DNA of 42,262 nt. Origin: a bacterium (lineage in GTDB: Bacteria; Hydrothermota; 32-111). Positions 32,610 through 41,177 of the stretch are shown piece after piece; within the stretch, counting starts at the first letter, position 1, and the number at the start of each line of letters is the position of its first letter. Below the pieces are notes generated by a model. That model did not search any database and was not told where the DNA came from. It was given only the letters and a program-made list of their open reading frames with translations. Position numbers and translations under genes: made by a program. The stretch is from contig JAWOBN010000068.1 of assembly GCA_046484245.1 (NCBI GenBank), positions 1-42,262 on the forward strand. The letters are read 5' to 3'.

Positions 32610-34125
32610 TGAGATAGAGAGCCTCCGTTCTCTTATTTATTATCTCAATGAAGAGGGGATAGAGACAGATACTGTATCCAATGGTTCTGATGCTGTAGAG
32701 ATGATAAAGGAGAACTATTATGATCTCATATTCCTTGATCAGTATATGCCGGGGCAGGATGGTGTTGAAACACTCAACAGGATAAGAGAGATATCCTACA
32801 ATCTTCCTGTTGTTATGATAACAAAGTCGGAGGAGGACAGTGTTATCAATGATGCTTTATCCGAGAGTGTTGATGATTATCTCATCAAACCGGTCAATCC
32901 CAGACAGCTCATTGCAACTGTAAGGAAAATTCTCTCAAGGAAGAGTAAAATACTCAGCGGGGTGGGCAAGAACTACTCTTCTGCAATAAGCCGCATAAAT
33001 GATATGCTTGAGAATAATGCTGATTACAGAACATTCCACAAGATTCATCATATTCTCAATCTCTGGAATCTCAATATAAACCGGCATCTTGAAACAGATA
33101 TAATTGAGATGCATGATTATCAGAAGGAGCAGATAAACAGGGAGTTTGTCAGATACATAAAGGAACATTACACTGACTGGATTGAAAATGGCTCAGGCCC
33201 TGCACTCTCGCATGATTTCCTGGACAGATTCATTGTCCCTTCTCTGAGGGAGAATAAGAAGGTGTTTTTCCTCCTTATTGACTGCATGAGATATGACCAT
33301 TATCTACTCATTGAGACCTTTCTCAGGGATTTCTTCAAGACAAAACTTGATTTTTACTATTCAATAATCCCCACTGCAACACCGTATTCAAGGAATGCAA
33401 TATTCAGCGGACTGACACCTCTCCAGATAAACAGGGTATATCCCGGCAAGTGGGATTTCTTTGACACATCATCTCAGAATCAGCATGAGGAATTTCTCCT
33501 CAATAAGAAGATACGCAGTGCAGTGAGTCCGGAGGGCATATCGTATTTCAAGATATCAACCAATGAGGCACTGCATAGATACGAATCAATGTTTGAAAGG
33601 ATAAAAGATAATCAGTTCAATGCCCTTGTTATCAATATAATGGATGTCTTCACGCACTTCAGATCCGAATCGGATGTTCTCAAGGATCTTTTGCCTGATG
33701 AGAATTCTCTGCTCGCATTTATGTCAACATGGTTCAGGACAAGCGGACTCAATGCATTCTTCAAAAAACTCATTGCCAATGATTATAAAATAGTCATATC
33801 ATCAGACCACGGCTCTGTTATCTCCAAGACACCTCAGAAATTACAGACAGGCAAGGATGTGTCCCTCAATCTGAAGTATAAATTCGGCTCATCGGTCAAA
33901 GCACTTAACAGTGATATAATTGAGATATCAAATCCCGGGAAATGGGGTCTGCCTGTGCCAAAGAAATCAGACAAATGGTATATTGCAACAGGGAACGGAT
34001 ATCTTGTCTATTCAACAAAGTATAATTATTACAGTAGGAAATACTTCGGCACATTCCAGCACGGGGGTGTATCAATGGATGAGATGATAATGCCTGTAGG
34101 CATAATAGAGGCGCGTGATGATTAA
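32581..34125 (+). CDS. porX: Response regulator with PglZ (alkaline-phosphatase superfamily) domain, PorX-like
   Basis: Receiver ILWIDDE...FLDQYMPG...ITKSEE...KP; PglZ motifs IDCMRYD, PTATPYSRNAIFSG, SDHG, FQHGGVSMDEM. Confidence 0.88.
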   Translation: MKRRILWIDDEIESLRSLIYYLNEEGIETDTVSNGSDAVEMIKENYYDLIFLDQYMPGQDGVETLNRIREISYNLPVVMITKSEEDSVINDALSESVDDYLIKPVNPRQLIATVRKILSRKSKILSGVGKNYSSAISRINDMLENNADYRTFHKIHHILNLWNLNINRHLETDIIEMHDYQKEQINREFVRYIKEHYTDWIENGSGPALSHDFLDRFIVPSLRENKKVFFLLIDCMRYDHYLLIETFLRDFFKTKLDFYYSIIPTATPYSRNAIFSGLTPLQINRVYPGKWDFFDTSSQNQHEEFLLNKKIRSAVSPEGISYFKISTNEALHRYESMFERIKDNQFNALVINIMDVFTHFRSESDVLKDLLPDENSLLAFMSTWFRTSGLNAFFKKLIANDYKIVISSDHGSVISKTPQKLQTGKDVSLNLKYKFGSSVKALNSDIIEISNPGKWGLPVPKKSDKWYIATGNGYLVYSTKYNYYSRKYFGTFQHGGVSMDEMIMPVGIIEARDD

Positions 34126-34450
34126 GCTGATACTGCAGGATATAGAAACCCGGATGTACTGCGGCTTGCTGCCTCAAGAGAAGGAGCAGAAAAACATTAT
34201 TGTCTTCAATGTGGTGCTTACCCTTTCAGAGGATGAATTTGTTGACTATAGTGATGTATATTCAATGATACTGGATATGCCCGATAGGCGTAAATGGGAT
34301 ACATTGGAGGAACTTGCAGTATATTCAGCTGAGAGTATATTAAAGGAATTCCCCTCTGTTGCCGGAACTATTGTCAGTGTAGAGAAGAATACACCGCTCC
34401 GTATGGATAAATGCAAGTCAGTAAAAGCTGTGTATGAAGCAGGCAGATAG
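34118..34450 (+). CDS. folB: Dihydroneopterin aldolase
   Basis: G...QEK, VDY, TLEELA and V.V.K pattern; directly upstream of folK. Confidence 0.75.
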   Translation: MIKLILQDIETRMYCGLLPQEKEQKNIIVFNVVLTLSEDEFVDYSDVYSMILDMPDRRKWDTLEELAVYSAESILKEFPSVAGTIVSVEKNTPLRMDKCKSVKAVYEAGR

Positions 34451-34949
34451 TATTTACATGTCAATCGGTACAAATCTCGGCAGCAGGAGAAGCAATATAC
34501 TGGAAGCTGTAAGGCGTATAAAGGACATTCCGTTTGACATTCAGTCCAATGCATCCATTTACAGAACAGAGCCTGTCGGATACACCGGTCAGGATGATTT
34601 CTTCAATACTGCTTTGAAGGGGACAACTCAGCTCGGTCCGTCTGCTTTGCTGAAAGCTGTCAAGGGCATAGAGAGGGATATGGGGAGAAAGAAGTCACGG
34701 AGATGGGGCCCCAGATTGATAGATATTGATATATTGATATATAATGATATAATAGTAAAAAACAGTGAATTGATCATTCCTCATAAGAGGATAATGGACA
34801 GATATTTCATTCTGGTGATGCTCAATGAGATAGAACCCGGATTGATAATACCTTCTATGGGTTCAGTGTCCGGCAGACTGAAGGAAGAGACATTCAGTGA
34901 ATATGTTGAGAAAATTGAATACATTAATTTCACACAGGAGATATTGTGA
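34434..34949 (+). CDS. folK: 2-amino-4-hydroxy-6-hydroxymethyldihydropteridine diphosphokinase
   Basis: IGTNLG, YRTEPVG..Q.DF.N, IERDMGR...RWGPRLIDIDIL, LIIPH. Confidence 0.96.
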   Translation: MKQADSIYMSIGTNLGSRRSNILEAVRRIKDIPFDIQSNASIYRTEPVGYTGQDDFFNTALKGTTQLGPSALLKAVKGIERDMGRKKSRRWGPRLIDIDILIYNDIIVKNSELIIPHKRIMDRYFILVMLNEIEPGLIIPSMGSVSGRLKEETFSEYVEKIEYINFTQEIL

Positions 34950-35593
34950 ATATACCGTATAAGTTCATAGCAGTGGAGGGTGTAATAGGTGTCGGTAAAA
35001 CCTCACTTGTCACCCGTCTTGCAAAATACTACAATGCGGAAAGGATACTGGAACCTGTTGAGGAAAATCCGTTCCTCTCCAAATTCTACGGCAATATAGA
35101 GGCATATGCATTCCAGACGCAGATATTCTTCCTCTTTGCACGGTATAAACAGATGCAGAAGCTCTCACAGAACAGACTGTTCTTTGACCTTGTGATCAGT
35201 GACTATATATTTGACAAGGACAAGATATTTGCCAATATCAATCTTGATGAGAATGAGATGCTTCTCTATGAACATATCATTAAATTCATTGAAAAGGACA
35301 TTACACATCCGGATCTCGTTATTTATCTCCAGGCATCCCCTGAGGTCATACTGGAGAGAATACAGAGAAGAGGCAGGACATTTGAGGATAATATATCAAC
35401 GGAATACATCAATGAATTAACGAGGAATTACAATAATTTCTTTATGCATTACAATCACGCCCCTGTGCTTATGGTCAATGTGGATGATGTGAACCTGCTC
35501 AAGAACAAGAGTGCTCTTTCACAGATCATTCAGGAGATAGAGAAGCCGTTCTCCGGATTGAAATACCTCAAACCCATATCATTGGAAGAATAA
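34946..35593 (+). CDS. Deoxynucleoside kinase (dGK/dAK family)
   Basis: IAVEGVIGVGKTSL P-loop, EPVEENPFL..FY, AFQTQIFFL..R, PDLVIYL, RI..RGR.FE. Confidence 0.94.
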   Translation: MNIPYKFIAVEGVIGVGKTSLVTRLAKYYNAERILEPVEENPFLSKFYGNIEAYAFQTQIFFLFARYKQMQKLSQNRLFFDLVISDYIFDKDKIFANINLDENEMLLYEHIIKFIEKDITHPDLVIYLQASPEVILERIQRRGRTFEDNISTEYINELTRNYNNFFMHYNHAPVLMVNVDDVNLLKNKSALSQIIQEIEKPFSGLKYLKPISLEE

Positions 35594-36435
35594 TGGAAAT
35601 AATAAAAGATGTCCGGCAAATGCATGAACGGGCAATGGATATAAGATGCTCCGACGAGACACTGGGGTTTGTTCCCACAATGGGAGCCCTCCATGACGGC
35701 CACATATCACTTGTCAGGCAATGTGTCAATGACAATGACATATCTGTTGTATCAGTCTTTGTCAACCCCTCACAATTTGCACCCGGAGAGGATTTTGACA
35801 AATATCCCAGGACAGAGGAAAAGGATACCCTTATCCTGGAAAATGAGGATTGTGATATATTATTCATGCCTGACAGGAGGGATATGTATTTCAATCATCT
35901 TACAACAGTCAGGGTGGAAGGCATTACAGAGAAATTATGCGGTGAAAAGAGACCCGGTCATTTTGAGGGTGTTGCTACTATTGTCTCCAAACTGTTCAAT
36001 ATAATCATGCCTCAGAAGGCGTATTTCGGGAAGAAGGACTATCAGCAGTACATTGTAATGAGAAAGATGGTCTTTGATCTGAATTTCAATGTGGAGATCA
36101 TAGGATGCCCTGTTGTCAGGGAAAGTGACGGTCTTGCAATGAGTTCAAGGAATGCATATCTGAAGCCTGCACACCGCAAGACAGCACCAGCCCTTTACCG
36201 TGAATTGAAGAGGGGCAGAGACCTGCTGCTTGAAGGAATGCCCCCGGAGAGGGTTTTGGAGGAGATGCAGAACAGACTGAAGGATATCAAGGATCTGAAG
36301 GTTGACTATATTGATATACTGACAGGCAGCACACTGCAGGTCCCTTCTGAAAATGACAAGCATCTGAGGATATTCGCAGCTGTATATATTGGAGAAACAC
36401 GTTTAATTGACAATATAGGAGTTGAATTGGAATGA
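35593..36435 (+). CDS. panC: Pantoate--beta-alanine ligase
   Basis: FVPTMGALHDGH, SVFVNPSQF, RPGHFEGV, FGKKDYQQ, RESDGLAMSSRN, RLIDN. Confidence 0.98.
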   Translation: MEIIKDVRQMHERAMDIRCSDETLGFVPTMGALHDGHISLVRQCVNDNDISVVSVFVNPSQFAPGEDFDKYPRTEEKDTLILENEDCDILFMPDRRDMYFNHLTTVRVEGITEKLCGEKRPGHFEGVATIVSKLFNIIMPQKAYFGKKDYQQYIVMRKMVFDLNFNVEIIGCPVVRESDGLAMSSRNAYLKPAHRKTAPALYRELKRGRDLLLEGMPPERVLEEMQNRLKDIKDLKVDYIDILTGSTLQVPSENDKHLRIFAAVYIGETRLIDNIGVELE

Positions 36436-37388
36436 ATCTCAATATTCTAATACTGGCAGGAGGCATGGGCACAAGGATGAAATCATCCCTGCCTAAGGTA
36501 ATGCACAGTATATGCGGCAGACCCATGCTTTATCATATTGTAGAGACATCAGGCATGCTTGAACCCGATAAGATAATACTGCTTATAGGCAATGGCAGTG
36601 AGATGGTGAGGGACTATTTTGAGCAGGAGAATATCCCTGTTGAATACGCGTATCAGCATGAACAGCTCGGCACAGGTGATGCACTGCGGTGCGCAGTGCC
36701 TTCCATAGACCGCAGCAGTGAGGTGATAATACTTTCAGGGGATGTGCCTCTTATCAGGAAGGATACATTGGAGCACCTGTATAACAGACACTGCGATATC
36801 GGCAGTGCTGTTACTGTTCTTACTATGGAGCCGGAGAATCCTTTTGGTTACGGGAGGATTATCAAGGACAAAGAGGGCAATGTGATTGATATTGTTGAGC
36901 AGAAGGATGCTGATGAAAAACAGAGGACAGTCAGGGAAGTCAATACCGGGATATACTGTATGAACGGCAGTTTTATTATTGACAGTATTGATGAGATAGA
37001 CAATGACAATGCCCAGAATGAATATTATATCACTGACCTTATCCGCATTGCATCAAGGAAGAAACTCACTGTTGATTCATTGATAACTCATTCAAGCTCA
37101 GAGGTGCTGGGCGTCAATAACAGGAGTCAGATGGCAGGTGTGGAGAATATCATGCTTGAAGCAAGAAGGGAAGAAATGATGAAGAATGGTGTGACAATGA
37201 GACTGCCCGGAACAATATATATTGATCATGACGTGAGAGTGGGCAGGGATGTGATTATTGAAAGTTCAGTCACACTGAAAGGCTCAACAGTAATAGAGGA
37301 CAATTGCCGGATAGGTGCCGGAGCGTATATCAGGGATGAGCATATTGTCAAGAATACAGTCATAAAACCGGGGACAGTGATTGATTAG
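36432..37388 (+). CDS. glmU: N-acetylglucosamine-1-phosphate uridyltransferase (GlmU, C-terminally short)
   Basis: ILAGGMGTRMKS..PKV.H, QLGTG, GDVPLI, GYGRI, EVNTGIY, N.Q.EYY.TD, GVNNR; only a few hexapeptide repeats follow. Confidence 0.88.
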   Translation: MNLNILILAGGMGTRMKSSLPKVMHSICGRPMLYHIVETSGMLEPDKIILLIGNGSEMVRDYFEQENIPVEYAYQHEQLGTGDALRCAVPSIDRSSEVIILSGDVPLIRKDTLEHLYNRHCDIGSAVTVLTMEPENPFGYGRIIKDKEGNVIDIVEQKDADEKQRTVREVNTGIYCMNGSFIIDSIDEIDNDNAQNEYYITDLIRIASRKKLTVDSLITHSSSEVLGVNNRSQMAGVENIMLEARREEMMKNGVTMRLPGTIYIDHDVRVGRDVIIESSVTLKGSTVIEDNCRIGAGAYIRDEHIVKNTVIKPGTVID

Positions 37389-37769
37389 ATGAAAAAGATA
37401 AGCTGGATAATACTGATTCTGATTATTGCTGCTGCAGGGATTATCATATACAGGCATATATTCTACAGTGTGGATAAAGAGATACTGAGGGTTGAAGTGC
37501 TGAACGGTACAACAGTCAATGGACTTGCAGGCAGGGCAGCTGAATATCTCAGGGACAAGAAGCTTGATGTGATTATCATCTCCAATGCCAATGAGGACAC
37601 CATATCCAAGACCATTGTCATTGACAGACTGAATCCGAGATGTGTGTACGGCAATTATGTGGCGGGGAAGATTGATTGTCCCAATACAATGGTTGATATT
37701 GACTCTACGCTTTATATAGATGTAACTGTGATAATAGGAAATGACTGGAAATTATATCTGGAGGAATAA
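37389..37769 (+). CDS. LytR C-terminal domain membrane-anchored protein
   Basis: N-terminal TM, VEVLNGT...GLA...A..L and DVTVIIG.D; typical position before rsfS. Confidence 0.88.
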   Translation: MKKISWIILILIIAAAGIIIYRHIFYSVDKEILRVEVLNGTTVNGLAGRAAEYLRDKKLDVIIISNANEDTISKTIVIDRLNPRCVYGNYVAGKIDCPNTMVDIDSTLYIDVTVIIGNDWKLYLEE

Positions 37770-37772
37770 TCT

Positions 37773-38120
37773 ATGCATGAAAAACTGGAAATTATCAAAG
37801 AATCAATTCTGGAGAAGAAGGGTTTTGATATAAAGATCATTGACATCAGCGAATTAACGACAATAGCTGATTTTTTTGTGATATGCTCGGGAGCAACATT
37901 TGTTCAGACCAATGCCATATACAGGAATATCAGAAGGAATATGAAGAAACACTACAAAATTCACGGTGAGGAAGGTGAGGATTCGGGTGACTGGATACTG
38001 ATGGATTATTCTGATGTCATTGTGCATATATTCGTGCCGGAGACAAGGGAGAGATTCAATCTTGAATTGTTATGGGCAGACGGTAAATTCCTGGAAGTAG
38101 AGGAATTAAATGATAGTTGA
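37773..38120 (+). CDS. rsfS: Ribosome silencing factor
   Basis: KKG.DI, ADFFVICSG, WILMDYSDVIVHIF...R..F.LE.LW. Confidence 0.95.
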   Translation: MHEKLEIIKESILEKKGFDIKIIDISELTTIADFFVICSGATFVQTNAIYRNIRRNMKKHYKIHGEEGEDSGDWILMDYSDVIVHIFVPETRERFNLELLWADGKFLEVEELNDS

Positions 38121-39711
38121 AGATGCATTGAAGGATATCGGTGATATAATAAGGGATATGGGCATTGAGCCGGGGGACAGTTTCCTCTCATTCTCCGAAC
38201 ATGCCGATCTCTCATCCAATATTGCATTTGCCCTTGCAGGAAGAATGAAAAAGCCGCCAATGGATATTGCCCTGCAGCTTAAAGAGAAAATTGAGTCAAT
38301 TGACTATATTGAGAGGGTGGAAACTGCAAAACCCGGATTCATAAACATATTCCTCACAGACAGTACTGTTTCACGCGAGATTGTCAATGTGCTGGAATCA
38401 GATAATTACGGCAGTATGCCTGAAAAGAGCCAGAAGGTCAATTTTGAGTTCATTTCAGCTAATCCGACAGGACCCCTTGTTGTGGTCAATGCAAGGGCGG
38501 GGATTGTGGGCTCACTCCTGGCCAATATAATGAATTATTCAGGTATTGAAGCTGTCAGGGAATTCTATGTCAATGACAGCGGCAATCAGGTGAGAAAACT
38601 CGGAGAATCCATACTGTGGCATATTGCTGACAAGAAACCGGCATTCCCGGAGAATGGATACAGGGGAGAATATATAAAAGAAATTGCCGTGAGCATTGAG
38701 AAGAAGAGGGGCAAACTGGAATGGTCAGATGAGAATATTGAACTGTGTGCTGTGTCAGGGAAGAAGCATATTATCAAGTGGCAGAAGGAGAGTCTGGAGA
38801 GATACAATATAGTTTTTGACAACTGGGTGTATGAGAGTGATGTAATTGCAGAGGGTATGATTGATGAGGTGCTGGGAATACTCAAGAGTAAAGACATGAT
38901 CTATGAGAAAGACGGAGCAGTGTTCTTTAAAACATCCGGGGTGAGCAATGATGAGGACAGGGTCATTGTTAAATCAGACGGGAATTACTCCTACTTCCTT
39001 CCTGATATTGCATATCATTACTATAAGATAAAGAGGGGCTTTCTCAGAATGATAGATATACTGGGGCCTGATCATCACGGATATATTGACAGGATCAAGG
39101 GGGCTGTACAGGTGCTCAGTGAGGGAGCTGTCCTTGAGGTCATTATAGCTCAGCTCATAACATTATTGAAGGACGGCAGGCAGTTTGAGATGTCCAAGCG
39201 CAAAGGTGATTTCATTACAATGGATGAACTGGCTGACGAGATTGATCCGGATGTTGTGAAATTCATGTTCCTCACAAGAAAATTATCCCAGCCAATGGAT
39301 TTTGATATTGATGAGGCAATGAAGACAACAATGGACAATCCTCTCTATTATGTGCAGTATGCACATGCAAGGATATGCTCCATATTCTCCAGAGCAGAAA
39401 GCATTGAACAAGCCGGCTCTATTGAGTCACTCCTTGAGGTGCCTCTTGCCAGAGAGCTTGCTGTGAAGATATTTGAATATCCGTATGTGCTTTACGGTAT
39501 TGCCCGTCATTATGAGATTCAGAAACTGACCAATTATCTTATTGAATTATCACGCATACTGCATAAATTTTACTATAAATACAGGGTTATATCCGAAGAG
39601 AGAGAGGATATGGCAATGAAGATGATGCTTATTGATGCTGTAAGAAAGATCATTGCCCATGGTCTTGATATGATGAATATAAAACCCAAGGAGAGAATGG
39701 AGGATGAGTAG
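38110..39711 (+). CDS. argS: Arginine--tRNA ligase
   Basis: PGFINI, EFISANPTGPL, FYVNDSGNQ, KSDG..Y, GPDHHGY, MSKRKG, YYVQYAHARI. Confidence 0.96.
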   Translation: MIVEDALKDIGDIIRDMGIEPGDSFLSFSEHADLSSNIAFALAGRMKKPPMDIALQLKEKIESIDYIERVETAKPGFINIFLTDSTVSREIVNVLESDNYGSMPEKSQKVNFEFISANPTGPLVVVNARAGIVGSLLANIMNYSGIEAVREFYVNDSGNQVRKLGESILWHIADKKPAFPENGYRGEYIKEIAVSIEKKRGKLEWSDENIELCAVSGKKHIIKWQKESLERYNIVFDNWVYESDVIAEGMIDEVLGILKSKDMIYEKDGAVFFKTSGVSNDEDRVIVKSDGNYSYFLPDIAYHYYKIKRGFLRMIDILGPDHHGYIDRIKGAVQVLSEGAVLEVIIAQLITLLKDGRQFEMSKRKGDFITMDELADEIDPDVVKFMFLTRKLSQPMDFDIDEAMKTTMDNPLYYVQYAHARICSIFSRAESIEQAGSIESLLEVPLARELAVKIFEYPYVLYGIARHYEIQKLTNYLIELSRILHKFYYKYRVISEEREDMAMKMMLIDAVRKIIAHGLDMMNIKPKERMEDE

Positions 39712-40723
39712 ATACAAAAAATCCGGTGTTGATATTGATAAAGCAACCAGATCCGTAGAGAATATAGGAAGAATTGTCAAGGATACTTATTCGGATAATG
39801 TGCTCTCACGGATAGGGAGTTTCGGGGCAATGTATTCTGCTGATTTCGGCAGAATGAAGAATCCCGTGCTGATATCCAGTGCTGACGGAGTGGGCACCAA
39901 ACTCGTCATAGCCCGCCGGATGAACAGTTTTGAGCACACAGGTGAGGATATTGTCAATCATTCTGTCAATGATATACTGGCAACAGGCGCAAAACCGCTT
40001 TATTTCCTGGACTATATAGGCTGCGGCAGTGTTGAGGAAGAGACAGTCAATGATATTATCAGATCAATGGCTGATGCATGCAAGGCAAATGATATGTCGC
40101 TGATAGGCGGGGAACTGGCAGAGATGTCTGTTGTCTATGATTATACGCATTATGATATTGTCGGATTCATTACAGGCATTGCCCAGAAAGACAGTATTAT
40201 TACAGGTGATACTGTCTGTGAGGGTGATATTGTAATAGGACTGCCTTCATCAGGATTCCATACCAATGGATATACATTGATACGGGATATAATTGACAGC
40301 AATAATGCAGATCTGACAGCAGTGCCTTCATTCAGTGAAAGGAAACTCTATGAATTGCTCCTTGAACCACACAGGTCATATTACAGGCCTGTTTACCCAC
40401 TCATAGAAAAGCATATGGTAAAGGGTATTGCCCATATAACAGGGGGGGGATTCTATGACAATATAAGAAGAATCCTTCCTTCAGATGTCAATGTGACAAT
40501 TGATTCCCGGTCATGGGAGACACCGCCTCTATTTGATTACATTGTAACACTGGGGGGAATTGAAACTGAGGAGGCTTACAGGGTATTCAATATGGGTATC
40601 GGCATGGTCCTAATCATTGACCCGGATAATGTCAATGAAGTGAAAGACCATTTGCAAAAACATTCAGAATATTTTATAATAGGAAGTGTAAACAAAGGTG
40701 AAGGAATTGTAAAAATAGACTGA
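39704..40723 (+). CDS. purM: Phosphoribosylformylglycinamidine cyclo-ligase (AIR synthase)
   Basis: Y..SGVDI, ADGVGTKL, VND...GA.PL.FLDY, SSGFHTNGYTL, HITGGG, FNMGIGM. Confidence 0.97.
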   Translation: MSRYKKSGVDIDKATRSVENIGRIVKDTYSDNVLSRIGSFGAMYSADFGRMKNPVLISSADGVGTKLVIARRMNSFEHTGEDIVNHSVNDILATGAKPLYFLDYIGCGSVEEETVNDIIRSMADACKANDMSLIGGELAEMSVVYDYTHYDIVGFITGIAQKDSIITGDTVCEGDIVIGLPSSGFHTNGYTLIRDIIDSNNADLTAVPSFSERKLYELLLEPHRSYYRPVYPLIEKHMVKGIAHITGGGFYDNIRRILPSDVNVTIDSRSWETPPLFDYIVTLGGIETEEAYRVFNMGIGMVLIIDPDNVNEVKDHLQKHSEYFIIGSVNKGEGIVKID

Positions 40724-40734
40724 TAGGAGGAATA

Positions 40735-41166
40735 ATGAAAGACAAGGATATTTTTGATGAGATCAGAAAGGCAAACAGGGATATGGATGATATATTAGAT
40801 GAGATGATCGGATTCAAGAGAATGTCTCTCCACAGGAAACATTACTACAATCCCCCGGTTGATATTTATGAAACCAATGAGAGATTCATAATAAATATTG
40901 AGCTGCCAGGCATGGATAAGGAGGATATATCTCTCACATTGTCTGATGATGTGCTGATAATAAAGGGTGTGAGAGAAAACGGAAGATCCCAGAATGAGGG
41001 AATCAGCTATTATCATATGGAGATGAATTACGGGCCCTTTGAAAGACGCATCAGGATACCGCGCAATATTGACCATGACAAGATGGAGGTCACATACAGG
41101 AACGGTATTCTCATAATAGAGCTTCCCCTGCAGATCAAAGTGATGAAGAAAATTGAAATTGAATAA
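40735..41166 (+). CDS. Hsp20/alpha-crystallin small heat-shock protein
   Basis: PPVDIYET, ELPG..KEDI, E..YG.FER, Y.NGIL.I.LP; SD AGGAGG. Confidence 0.94.
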   Translation: MKDKDIFDEIRKANRDMDDILDEMIGFKRMSLHRKHYYNPPVDIYETNERFIINIELPGMDKEDISLTLSDDVLIIKGVRENGRSQNEGISYYHMEMNYGPFERRIRIPRNIDHDKMEVTYRNGILIIELPLQIKVMKKIEIE

Positions 41167-41177
41167 AAGGAGCTGAA

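Noticed and set aside
32581..34125. BREX defence system suggested by the PglZ domain
   Set aside because: PglZ is fused to a receiver domain (PorX type) and there are no brxC/pglX genes. The downstream Lon is the canonical housekeeping type, not BrxL.
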